Made by a program: the position numbers and the translations under genes
IMG/VR virus record: IMGVR_UViG_3300035180_002599
Coordinates: 1-64,000 of that record
Strand: one strand, 5' to 3'
DNA: 64,000 nucleotides
From: a virus
Part shown: in pieces, positions 9,272-16,804 of the stretch
Layout of the letters: each line of letters starts with the position of its first letter
Numbering within the stretch: the first letter of the stretch is position 1
Notes under the pieces: generated by a model
Database searches by the model: none
The model's input: the letters and a program-made list of their open reading frames with translations, nothing else
What the model was told of the DNA's origin: nothing

Positions 9272-10648
9272 ATGAAAAATAGAATTATGATGGTAGACAG
9301 TTATAAATTGTCTCATAAAAACATGTATCCACAAGGTGCTAACTATATGTTTGATTATATGGAAAGCCGTGGCGGTCTATACCCAGCAACTATATTTGTG
9401 GGTCTTCAACCAATGCTAAAAGAGTATTTCAGTGAACCCATCACTGAAAATGAAGTTATTGAAGCCCAAGGTTATGCAAAAGCCCATGGTGTTCCATTTG
9501 ATTATGATGGGTGGATGTACATCGCAAAAGATCTTAAAGGTATGCTTCCTATTCGCATCAGAGCTGTAAAAGAAGGAACACTAGTTCCTGTAAGTAATGT
9601 AATGGTCACAATCGAAAGTACAGACCCAAAAGTTTTTTGGGTTGTATCATGGCTTGAAACATTCTTCATGAAAATTTGGTATCCAATTAACGTAGCAACA
9701 CGTAGTTTTTACGTTCGCAAAATGCTAAAAGAATTTAGCGATAATACCGGTTCTGGATTTGTGGATTTTAGTTACCACAATTTCGGCGACAGAGGATCTA
9801 CTTCTATAGAGGCAGCTGCAATCGGTGGTTCTGCTCATATGGCAGTAGGTTTCCAAGGTACTGATAATTTCAATAGTCTAAAATTTGTCTTTGAAAACTA
9901 TGGTGATACTAATGTAGGCTTCAGCATTCCAGCGAGTGAACATTCAACAGTAACTAGTTGGGGACAAGAAAATGAATATAATATGATTGCTAATTACGTG
10001 GAAGAATTCAAAGGCTCTCCAATCATTGCTTGTGTTATGGACAGTTATAACATTTTTGAAGCTGTTAAATTCATCACAAGTGGTGAAATGAAAACAAAAA
10101 TTGAAAGCGATGATTATCCTATTTTCGTTATTCGCCCTGATAGTGGTAACCCAGTAGAAGTTATCGGAGCTATTATCAATATCATGGAAGATAATAGTGT
10201 CAAATTCACAATGAACGATAAAGATTACAAAGTCTGGAACAAATATCGTATAATTTGGGGCGACGGCATCAACATGGAATCAATGAAAGAAATTCTAGAA
10301 TATGTGACTGAACGTGGCTACAGCTCTGATAATATTGCATTCGGATCTGGCGGTTGGCTCATGCAACAACATGACCGGGATACGCAAAAATTCGCTATCA
10401 AATGTTCAGCTATTCAAGTTAATTCTGAAATGAGAGATGTATTTAAAGACCCAATAACAGACCACGGCAAAAAATCTAAGAAAGGTATAATCACACTTTG
10501 GAAAACTGAAAATGGCTATGAAACTGATTATAGAAACAGATCTTGGGAAGATAAAATAGTCGACTCCCTTGAGGTAGTTTTTGAAAACGGTGTTCTTAAA
10601 CGCAATCAATCATTCAGTGAAATTAGAGAGATTGTAAGCAAACAATAA
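9272..10648 (+). CDS. nadV: Nicotinamide phosphoribosyltransferase (NAMPT)
   Basis: DSYKLSH, HNFGDRG, SIPASEHS, VIRPDSG, WGDG, FGSGG and RDTQKFAIK motifs. Confidence 0.95.
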   Translation: MKNRIMMVDSYKLSHKNMYPQGANYMFDYMESRGGLYPATIFVGLQPMLKEYFSEPITENEVIEAQGYAKAHGVPFDYDGWMYIAKDLKGMLPIRIRAVKEGTLVPVSNVMVTIESTDPKVFWVVSWLETFFMKIWYPINVATRSFYVRKMLKEFSDNTGSGFVDFSYHNFGDRGSTSIEAAAIGGSAHMAVGFQGTDNFNSLKFVFENYGDTNVGFSIPASEHSTVTSWGQENEYNMIANYVEEFKGSPIIACVMDSYNIFEAVKFITSGEMKTKIESDDYPIFVIRPDSGNPVEVIGAIINIMEDNSVKFTMNDKDYKVWNKYRIIWGDGINMESMKEILEYVTERGYSSDNIAFGSGGWLMQQHDRDTQKFAIKCSAIQVNSEMRDVFKDPITDHGKKSKKGIITLWKTENGYETDYRNRSWEDKIVDSLEVVFENGVLKRNQSFSEIREIVSKQ

Positions 10649-10649
10649 A

Positions 10650-10892
10650 ATGGTTTCATTAACTAATGAGGGAATGGCAACTTTCAAATCATCTATGATT
10701 GTACTTGGTTTGAAAGGTATTACTAATATAAAGTTTGATTTTGAACATGATATAATTATTATAAACCACCCATTATTTGATGAAATTATAATCGTGGAAA
10801 ATGTTCAATATGAATACAACAAAATGGGTATGAAATACGCTAAATATTGTTATGATATATTAGTGAACAAGTACCCAGAACTATTACTTTAA
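10650..10892 (+). CDS. Hypothetical protein ending YPELLL
   Basis: Operon-packed ORF. Confidence 0.6.
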   Translation: MVSLTNEGMATFKSSMIVLGLKGITNIKFDFEHDIIIINHPLFDEIIIVENVQYEYNKMGMKYAKYCYDILVNKYPELLL

Positions 10893-10902
10893 AAGGAAAG
10901 CT

Positions 10903-11166
10903 ATGAAATTATTCTTAATAATGAAAGAAGATCAATTAGAAAAAACTGTAGCTAAAAAATATATTGTTATGCAAGGATTTTTTAAATACAAAGGTGAGAG
11001 ATACGTATTGTTTTTCTCTGATTATTGTAAACAAAATGATGTTAACATTTCAGATGCTGCTTGGGATAAAAATTTTACTAGATTAAAAAATAGATTTTCA
11101 GGCAAAAATGAATTACCTGAAAAATTGCTAAATAAAATAGTTAAAATTGCACCTCAGCTAAAGTAG
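10903..11166 (+). CDS. Hypothetical protein
   Basis: AAGGA RBS. Confidence 0.6.
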   Translation: MKLFLIMKEDQLEKTVAKKYIVMQGFFKYKGERYVLFFSDYCKQNDVNISDAAWDKNFTRLKNRFSGKNELPEKLLNKIVKIAPQLK

Positions 11167-11170
11167 CTAC

Positions 11171-11518
11171 ATGGAATTCAAATATTATAAAATTAAAAAC
11201 AAAGATGGTAAATATTCTACCGGAGGTTCTAGTCCTAGATTTACTAAAAATGGAAAGACTTGGCATCAACAAGGACATGTTACAAATCATGTTACTCAAA
11301 TAGTAAATCCAAATACTTATTACGGTTGTTATTTAGTTATTATAACTCCAGAAGGTGTTGAAGAAAAACGAATTGAACCTTTTTTGTTGGAAAAATATCA
11401 AAATTATTATAACAAGCACATAACTACATCTGCATGTTTCGCACAAAATAATGGAGATAGATATCGAAAATGGATAGATGAATTATATCAAATTGTTAAT
11501 GAAAAAGGGTTACAATGA
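11171..11518 (+). CDS. Hypothetical phage protein
   Basis: YSTGG..FTKNGKTW motif; operon-packed. Confidence 0.65.
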   Translation: MEFKYYKIKNKDGKYSTGGSSPRFTKNGKTWHQQGHVTNHVTQIVNPNTYYGCYLVIITPEGVEEKRIEPFLLEKYQNYYNKHITTSACFAQNNGDRYRKWIDELYQIVNEKGLQ

Positions 11519-12039
11519 AGAGCTTTAAACATATAATTATTGGAATATTGGCATTTGGTTATATAGTTTTTGAAAAAATCTTCTGGGAAAAATTTGCAGT
11601 TCATATTATAAATCATATAAAAGAGAAGGATTTTTATAATAAGTTTGAGACGTTAATTTTAGCAAGCAATCGTTATATTATTCTATTAAGCTTCATTTTA
11701 TTTTTCTCAGTTTCTGAGATCATGGGATTATACGCTTTAATTCTTTTTTCTAAAGGAATGTTGATATTCGGAATTATTATGTATATAGTAAAATTGCTTC
11801 CGGTTATTGTTGCTTTCAGTTTATTGGAAAAAGCTAAAGATAAATTATATTCATTCAACTGGTTCAAGATATCTCATATTTTTATTCTAAAATGGATAAA
11901 TGAATTAAAAGAATCAAAAAGTTATATAGCTATAAGAACAAAAATTGCTGAGATAAAATCATTGATTATATCTGACCGTGAGAACAAGTTCTTACATTTG
12001 TTCAAATATTCGGTTAGTAAACAAAAAGGAAAGAGATGA
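11515..12039 (+). CDS. Membrane protein
   Basis: Three to four hydrophobic segments. Confidence 0.65.
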   Translation: MKSFKHIIIGILAFGYIVFEKIFWEKFAVHIINHIKEKDFYNKFETLILASNRYIILLSFILFFSVSEIMGLYALILFSKGMLIFGIIMYIVKLLPVIVAFSLLEKAKDKLYSFNWFKISHIFILKWINELKESKSYIAIRTKIAEIKSLIISDRENKFLHLFKYSVSKQKGKR

Positions 12040-12311
12040 AAAAAGTTCTGTTATCAGCAATGGTAGGATTAATGTTGTTTTCTGGTTGTGCTGACAATAA
12101 AGTCATTGACCAGAAAGAATACACCACGTATGGTTTTTTTAATGAATCAGACTCTAAAAATCCAGAAATTCAGTACAGTTTATCTGTTGGTAACGTAATT
12201 TGGGGAATAGTTTTAGTAGAAACTATCATTGCTCCAGTTTATTTTTTCGGGTTTTCATTGTATGAACCTGAAGGAAAAATTGGCACAGTTGAAAAAGGCG
12301 TAGTTAATTAA
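12036..12311 (+). CDS. Lipoprotein / membrane protein
   Basis: Signal peptide with lipobox LFSGC plus a hydrophobic segment. Confidence 0.7.
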   Translation: MKKVLLSAMVGLMLFSGCADNKVIDQKEYTTYGFFNESDSKNPEIQYSLSVGNVIWGIVLVETIIAPVYFFGFSLYEPEGKIGTVEKGVVN

Positions 12312-12362
12312 TTTTAAATTAAGCAAATGTATGATATAATTACAAATAAAAAAGGATAATAC

Positions 12363-12824
12363 ATGGATTATAATAGTTTTTGGAGAACAATGGTTAACAA
12401 CTCTAAAGTCACACCTAAAGAAGTATTGTCGGAGTTACAAAAAACTAAGCAAAATATGAAGACCCTTAAAAGGGAAGACATGTACAAACAGTACGGTCAA
12501 ATGTTTGACTCTATTTTTGAAGATTTAACTAAAATTTTCAGTGAAGATGAACAACCAGAAATCAACACAGAGAAATCAAAAGGTTTTTCTGAAAAAACTG
12601 GTAAAATCGAAATCCCTTTGGCAGGGTATTCAAAGGCAGATATTTCCGTTAAGTTGGAAAAAGATATTTTGATTGTATCAAATACAAACCCAAATAAACC
12701 TTCCAAAACATTGAAATATCGAATACCAGGTGATATTGAAGAAGTTTCATTAAGCATGGAAAACGGATTGTTAACTGCAATGGTTAAACGACCTAATTTA
12801 ACTCCAAATATTAAGTGGATTTAA
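12363..12824 (+). CDS. Small heat-shock (Hsp20 / alpha-crystallin) family protein
   Basis: C-terminal IEIPLAGYSKADISV...MENGLL. Confidence 0.7.
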   Translation: MDYNSFWRTMVNNSKVTPKEVLSELQKTKQNMKTLKREDMYKQYGQMFDSIFEDLTKIFSEDEQPEINTEKSKGFSEKTGKIEIPLAGYSKADISVKLEKDILIVSNTNPNKPSKTLKYRIPGDIEEVSLSMENGLLTAMVKRPNLTPNIKWI

Positions 12825-12891
12825 TCTTATTTTAAGATAGTTTGTGATATAATACAAACATAAATAAAACAACAAACAAAAGGAACAAGTC

Positions 12892-12924
12892 ATGAAGAGT
12901 ACAAAACTTCAAGACGTGTTTTGA
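12892..12924 (+). CDS. Putative leader peptide MKSTKLQDVF upstream of two tRNA-Lys genes
   Basis: Promoter at 12831-12853, AAGGA RBS at 12880-12884, Lys codons at positions 2 and 5; the stop codon lies inside a hairpin switch. Confidence 0.55.
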   Translation: MKSTKLQDVF

Positions 12925-12986
12925 TTCATTCAATCTAAGAATCAAGAGGCGTCTTTAAATAATCAAATGATTGATAGGACGCCTCT
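12911..12986 (+). promoter_or_regulatory. Two-state RNA switch overlapping the tRNA-Lys acceptor stem
   Basis: 12911-12927 pairs with 12939-12955 (16 bp, one G.G mismatch), or 12945-12955 pairs with 12976-12986 (11 bp), which includes tRNA nt 1-6. Confidence 0.6.
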
Positions 12987-13054
12987 AAAACTTTAAAGTG
13001 AAGTACCGTGCTTTTAACACGGATAAGATGGAGCATTACCGTCTAGAGGTACCA
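12981..13054 (+). tRNA. tRNA-Lys(UUU), non-canonical D/T loops
   Basis: Acceptor GCCTCTA/TAGAGGT+ACCA; anticodon arm CCGTG-cttttaa-CACGG; T-arm GATGG-agcatta-CCGTC. Confidence 0.8.
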
Positions 13055-13063
13055 TACATTTAT

Positions 13064-13139
13064 GTATCGGTAGCCCAATGGTTAAGGCACTATACTTTTA
13101 ATATAGGGATTGAGAGTTCGAGTCTCTCTCGATACACCA
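13064..13139 (+). tRNA. tRNA-Lys(UUU)
   Basis: GTATCGG/TCGATAC+ACCA; CTATA-cttttaa-TATAG; TTCGAGT T-loop. Confidence 0.92.
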
Positions 13140-13142
13140 AAA

Positions 13143-13276
13143 TAGTTAATTTATGAAGACACATTATCTTGAAAATAAATGAAGGTCATGAGACAGTTGT
13201 GTGTGTAACCATAAGTTAATTAATAATTTGATAAAGAAACGGATTTTATAACAGACACATCACGTTTCTTTATCAA
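13143..13276 (+). ncRNA. Candidate structured RNA (two long hairpins) between the tRNA blocks
   Basis: 13143-13155/13210-13222 (13 bp including GU pairs) and 13228-13241/13263-13276 (14 bp perfect). Confidence 0.35.
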
Positions 13277-13320
13277 GTTATAAAATAACTAATAAATAAA
13301 ATAAAAATCAAGGAGCAAAT

Positions 13321-13407
13321 ATGTTTAGTCATATGCAACCGCATAGTTTTAGTACTTTTCATCATTTTAGTATGAGCATGTTTGCTCATTTTATGCTGAG
13401 TTATTAA
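13321..13407 (+). CDS. Putative attenuator leader peptide MFSHMQPHSFSTFHHFSMSMFAHFMLSY
   Basis: AAGGAG RBS at 13310-13315; 6 Phe, 6 Ser (all AGY), 5 His, 5 Met and 1 Pro, matching the downstream tRNA set; followed by alternative hairpins. Confidence 0.8.
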   Translation: MFSHMQPHSFSTFHHFSMSMFAHFMLSY

Positions 13408-13556
13408 TCTCAGGAATTTCGGTTCCTGAGAGGGAACCGAAATAAGATCTTACAAATCCTCTGTTTCAGTAACATTTCCGTTACGTTCCTCCAACAAAAT
13501 AATTTTTTTTAATGTCACCTTTTTCAGAAATACTTATACTTTTTCTGAAATTTTCT
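13408..13556 (+). promoter_or_regulatory. Attenuator-like region: mutually exclusive hairpins, C-rich tract and weak terminator-like hairpin
   Basis: Hairpin A 13408-13416/13423-13431; hairpin B 13416-13427/13432-13443 (GAGA loop); 17 C versus 5 G in 13451-13520; hairpin 13522-13530/13542-13550 followed by TTTTCT. Confidence 0.6.
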
Positions 13557-13559
13557 CAT

Positions 13560-13635
13560 GCCATTCATACAAATCAAGTGAATGTACCAGACTGAAAATC
13601 TGAGGAGCCGGGAGCGTTACCCGGGAATGGCACCA
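13560..13635 (+). tRNA. tRNA-Phe(GAA), non-canonical D/T loops
   Basis: GCCATTC/GAATGGC+ACCA; CAGA-ctgaaaa-TCTG; T-arm CCGGG-agcgtta-CCCGG. Confidence 0.8.
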
Positions 13636-13673
13636 TTGAACATACAATAAAGAACTTATTGAAGTTTTTAATT

Positions 13674-13747
13674 GTGTTCGTAGCATAAAAGTAATGCGCT
13701 GGTTTGTGGCACCAGATAAGCGGGAGCGTTACCCGTCGTTCACCCCA
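13674..13747 (+). tRNA. tRNA-His(GUG), non-canonical T loop, no encoded G-1
   Basis: GTGTTCG/CGTTCAC+C+CCA; CTGGT-ttgtggc-ACCAG; GCGGG-agcgtta-CCCGT. Confidence 0.75.
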
Positions 13748-13751
13748 AAAT

Positions 13752-13826
13752 GCCATCATAGCTCAATGGTAGAGCGATACGTTGAAGGCGTATGCGTTGT
13801 AGGTTCAAGTCCTACTGTTGGCACCA
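13752..13826 (+). tRNA. tRNA-Phe(GAA)
   Basis: GCCATCA/TGTTGGC+ACCA; ATACG-ttgaagg-CGTAT; TTCAAGT T-loop. Confidence 0.88.
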
Positions 13827-13835
13827 TCTTTTTAT

Positions 13836-13912
13836 CTGGTTGTAACGTGAGTGGTATAACGGGCCGTTTTGGAAACGGGGAGAAGTGAGTTCGAGTCTCA
13901 CCTGCCAGACCA
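13836..13912 (+). tRNA. tRNA-Pro(UGG)
   Basis: C1-G72/A73; CCGT-tttggaa-ACGG; GTGAG-ttcgagt-CTCAC; CCA encoded. Confidence 0.8.
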
Positions 13913-13925
13913 ACAATTTGTAAAT

Positions 13926-14002
13926 GGTGTTTGTAGATTTAATGGTAAAACGCTTCCCTGTGAAGGAAGTAATTGAGAGTTCAAGTCTCTCCATTCACCC
14001 CA
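13926..14002 (+). tRNA. tRNA-His(GUG) with encoded G-1
   Basis: G-GTGTTTG/CATTCAC-C-CCA; CTTCC-ctgtgaa-GGAAG; TTCAAGT T-loop. Confidence 0.88.
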
Positions 14003-14008
14003 AAATAT

Positions 14009-14080
14009 GCCTACACTTCAGGTGAAGATCGTTCTCTCATAAGGAATGATAGTGTGGTTCGATACCACATGTAGGTACCA
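14009..14080 (+). tRNA. tRNA-Met(CAU), short D-arm (Ile2 not excluded)
   Basis: GCCTACA/TGTAGGT+ACCA; GTTCT-ctcataa-GGAAT; TGTGG-ttcgata-CCACA. Confidence 0.78.
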
Positions 14081-14097
14081 ATAATAATGTTTAGTAT

Positions 14098-14172
14098 CGG
14101 GATATGGGAAAGTGGTAATCCGCTTGTTTTGGGAACATGAGACCGTCGGTTCGAGCCCGACTATCCCGACCA
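14098..14172 (+). tRNA. tRNA-Pro(UGG)
   Basis: CGGGATA/TATCCCG+ACCA; anticodon loop tttggga; GTCGG-ttcgagc-CCGAC. Confidence 0.9.
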
Positions 14173-14174
14173 TT

Positions 14175-14257
14175 GGGTGAAGCATGCAAGGTGCATAAGA
14201 GGATTGCTAATCCTTGGGTCGAAAGGCTGCTGAGTTCGATTCTCAGTTCACCCGCCA
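14175..14257 (+). tRNA. tRNA-Ser(GCU)
   Basis: GGGTGAA/TTCACCC+G+CCA; GAGGA-ttgctaa-TCCTT; long variable arm. Confidence 0.88.
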
Positions 14258-14296
14258 AAGTTTATATAAATATTTAAAAATATATTAGGTATTCAT

Positions 14297-15001
14297 ATGC
14301 ACTTTAAAAACTTCTTATTTGAAGATGACAAAATAAAACAATATTCTATTTTATTAAAAGAATGTGAAATAATGAATTCAGATGCTATGTTATTGTTTAG
14401 AGGTTCTAAACATCAAAACTCAAATTTTGAACGTATTAAAACCCGAAAAGATAGAAGACCTTTAGACACTTCACCATTGATGCAAAAATATATGGATGAT
14501 GCTTTTGAAAATAAATTTAAAGAGAGAATAAGAAGCACTACAGTTTTCTGTGCTCAAGATAAAGTAATGGCAGGGATTTATGGACCTTTATATGTAGTAT
14601 TTCCCACTACAAAGGCTGAGTATTTTTCTACAGATGAATTTATAGATTTAAATTCAGTATTTTCTGATTATATAGGTAGAACCTTAAGTAAGCTTCATTC
14701 AAAAAAAGTATCTGAATTTGAGAAAAAATATAATTATGATGATTATGCTCAATTTTTGCCGGATGAATTATTAAGAGAAAATAGTTCAGATGATACAAAA
14801 TCACTAGATATGTTAAACGATTTCTTGGATTGTATTGCAGATTTTTATGAAAAAACAAACGTTCCAAAAAATAGAATTGGAGAACAGATGATTCTTTGTG
14901 ATGAATATATCTTGGTAAAATATTCCTCTTTACCTGAACCTGATGTAAACACTTATTCAGAATTAAAAAAAGTTTTAGAAAAATTAATTGAAAATGCTTA
15001 A
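14297..15001 (+). CDS. Putative internal virion protein, ADP-ribosyltransferase-like paralog family
   Basis: MHFKNFLFE N-terminus; LFRG, RRPLDT, RSTTVFC and GEQMI motifs; late promoter upstream. Confidence 0.55.
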   Translation: MHFKNFLFEDDKIKQYSILLKECEIMNSDAMLLFRGSKHQNSNFERIKTRKDRRPLDTSPLMQKYMDDAFENKFKERIRSTTVFCAQDKVMAGIYGPLYVVFPTTKAEYFSTDEFIDLNSVFSDYIGRTLSKLHSKKVSEFEKKYNYDDYAQFLPDELLRENSSDDTKSLDMLNDFLDCIADFYEKTNVPKNRIGEQMILCDEYILVKYSSLPEPDVNTYSELKKVLEKLIENA

Positions 15002-15057
15002 TTAGATTTAAGATTATGTTGATATAATTTGTTATAAGAAAGATAGAAGGAGATACA

Positions 15058-15552
15058 ATGATATTACCTTTAGGTAAATTAAAATATAATGACCGGGAAA
15101 TTAACTTTTGGAAAGATTCCCACACTAATGTTTCTAGAGAAGGCAATGGGTTTGTTCGAGATCAGTTCTTGAATGAAGAAAGATATATGCGCATTTTTTC
15201 AGAAGTTATGAAACAAGGGTTTATGTCTTTTGGTATTTACAAGCCAGAATTAATTCTTATTGCATTTAAAGATGCATGGGGATTGCATTATTCTATATTG
15301 GCTGAAAGAAATGCAAATTCGGTTGTAGTTAAAACAGTTTATACTTCAAAAAAATATCCATTTTGGGAACATTTTCCAAAAATTCATAATCGAATTCATC
15401 TATTCGAGTTTGTGTTACCGGCTATGACAAAAAAAGAATATCTGGAAAGCAAACAAAAATCTAAAAGAGTAGATGTTGATATAAAATCTAAAAAAGAAGA
15501 TCCGATGTTTCTTGGTTCCATGAGGAAATCCGGTATCAAAAAGGTGTTTTGA
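15058..15552 (+). CDS. Hypothetical protein
   Basis: Promoter and AAGGAG RBS. Confidence 0.7.
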   Translation: MILPLGKLKYNDREINFWKDSHTNVSREGNGFVRDQFLNEERYMRIFSEVMKQGFMSFGIYKPELILIAFKDAWGLHYSILAERNANSVVVKTVYTSKKYPFWEHFPKIHNRIHLFEFVLPAMTKKEYLESKQKSKRVDVDIKSKKEDPMFLGSMRKSGIKKVF

Positions 15553-15685
15553 TGTGTGCTTGTTCTTTAATTTTCGTAGGTCTATTTTTAATAATAATGT
15601 TGATGTGGATATCTTCTGATAATTCTATTGGACCGAAACGATATATTAAAGAACAACCAAAAGATAAATCTAAGAAAGGAATGAA

Positions 15686-16438
15686 ATGAGAACATTCGTT
15701 TGTGGTGATGTTCACGGAAAAATTGATATTAAAAAACTAAGTACTGAGTTTTGGCCTGAACAAAGAGAATTAACTAAAGAAGATGTGTTAATTCAGTTAG
15801 GTGATTTTGGTTGGATTTGGCATCCTTTAGCTCAGAATAATCCAGAACAAGATTATTGGCTTAATTGGTTAGGTACTAGAAAATATACATTGCTTGTTGT
15901 TCTTGGAAATCATGAAAATTATGATGAAATTGAGCAATTACCTGAGTGTCAAAAATTTAATGGAACTGTTCAATATTTAGAAGTTTCCGGAAGACATGGA
16001 GATGGTATAATTTATTTTGCTAAACGTGGCGAAGTTTATGAAATTAACAATAAAAAGTTCTGGGCTTTTGGCGGAGCTTTAAGCATAGATAAAGACATCA
16101 GAACTCCTGGAGTTTCATGGTGGGAAGGTGAATTGCCATCTTGGTGGGATTATGAGTATGGAATGAAACAGCTAGATAAAATAAATTGGAATGTTGATTA
16201 TGTAATATCTCATACTTGCCCAGTTAATATAGTGAATGAAATAATCCATAAAACACCATATACTGAAGGTAAGTTCAAAGATCCTGTAGCCGTATATTTC
16301 TTTGAGATTTACAAAAAACTTTTATTCAAAGAATGGCATTTTGGACATTTTCATGAAGATATTAGATTGGATTACACTAATACGGGTGATGGAATTTTTC
16401 ATGTGCATTATAATAACAAACCGTTTGAATTAATCTAA
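15686..16438 (+). CDS. Calcineurin-like metallophosphoesterase
   Basis: GDVHG, LGDFG, GNHE, SHT and FGHFH motifs. Confidence 0.88.
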   Translation: MRTFVCGDVHGKIDIKKLSTEFWPEQRELTKEDVLIQLGDFGWIWHPLAQNNPEQDYWLNWLGTRKYTLLVVLGNHENYDEIEQLPECQKFNGTVQYLEVSGRHGDGIIYFAKRGEVYEINNKKFWAFGGALSIDKDIRTPGVSWWEGELPSWWDYEYGMKQLDKINWNVDYVISHTCPVNIVNEIIHKTPYTEGKFKDPVAVYFFEIYKKLLFKEWHFGHFHEDIRLDYTNTGDGIFHVHYNNKPFELI

Positions 16439-16486
16439 TATTAAGATTAATCTGATATAATTACTGTATCAAAAGAAGGATAGAAG

Positions 16487-16804
16487 ATGAATTACACAGG
16501 AATTTTCTTTGATGATGGGACACATATGACTTGGAATTTTGGATATCCACTTACTTATCCAGAAGGTGTGACTCCAGGTGACCTTTGTACGGTTTCAATT
16601 TATGGACGATATGAAGATGAAGATGTTGCATGTTTTTTAGTGGATTTTGATGGAAAATTGAATCAACCATCCGGAACTTTATTACATATTACAACCAAAG
16701 TTGAAAATGGCTCTAAGCCAGTAATGAGCGGGTTAAGAGCAACTGAACATTATGAGAAAATTGAAAATTTTTCTCCATTTACTATTACAGGAGTGTGGAA
16801 ATAA
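16487..16804 (+). CDS. Hypothetical protein
   Basis: Promoter cassette and RBS; HMT/HIT motifs may indicate a minimal 2H fold. Confidence 0.6.
   Translation: MNYTGIFFDDGTHMTWNFGYPLTYPEGVTPGDLCTVSIYGRYEDEDVACFLVDFDGKLNQPSGTLLHITTKVENGSKPVMSGLRATEHYEKIENFSPFTITGVWK

Noticed and set aside
13416-13450. Hairpin B as a classical intrinsic terminator
   Set aside because: No U-tract follows it (AAGATCTTAC), so a simple trp-type terminator is not supported; Rho-dependent or processing control is proposed instead.
13574-13994. ORFs of 60-64 aa in the tRNA cluster
   Set aside because: They overlap clear tRNA cloverleaves.
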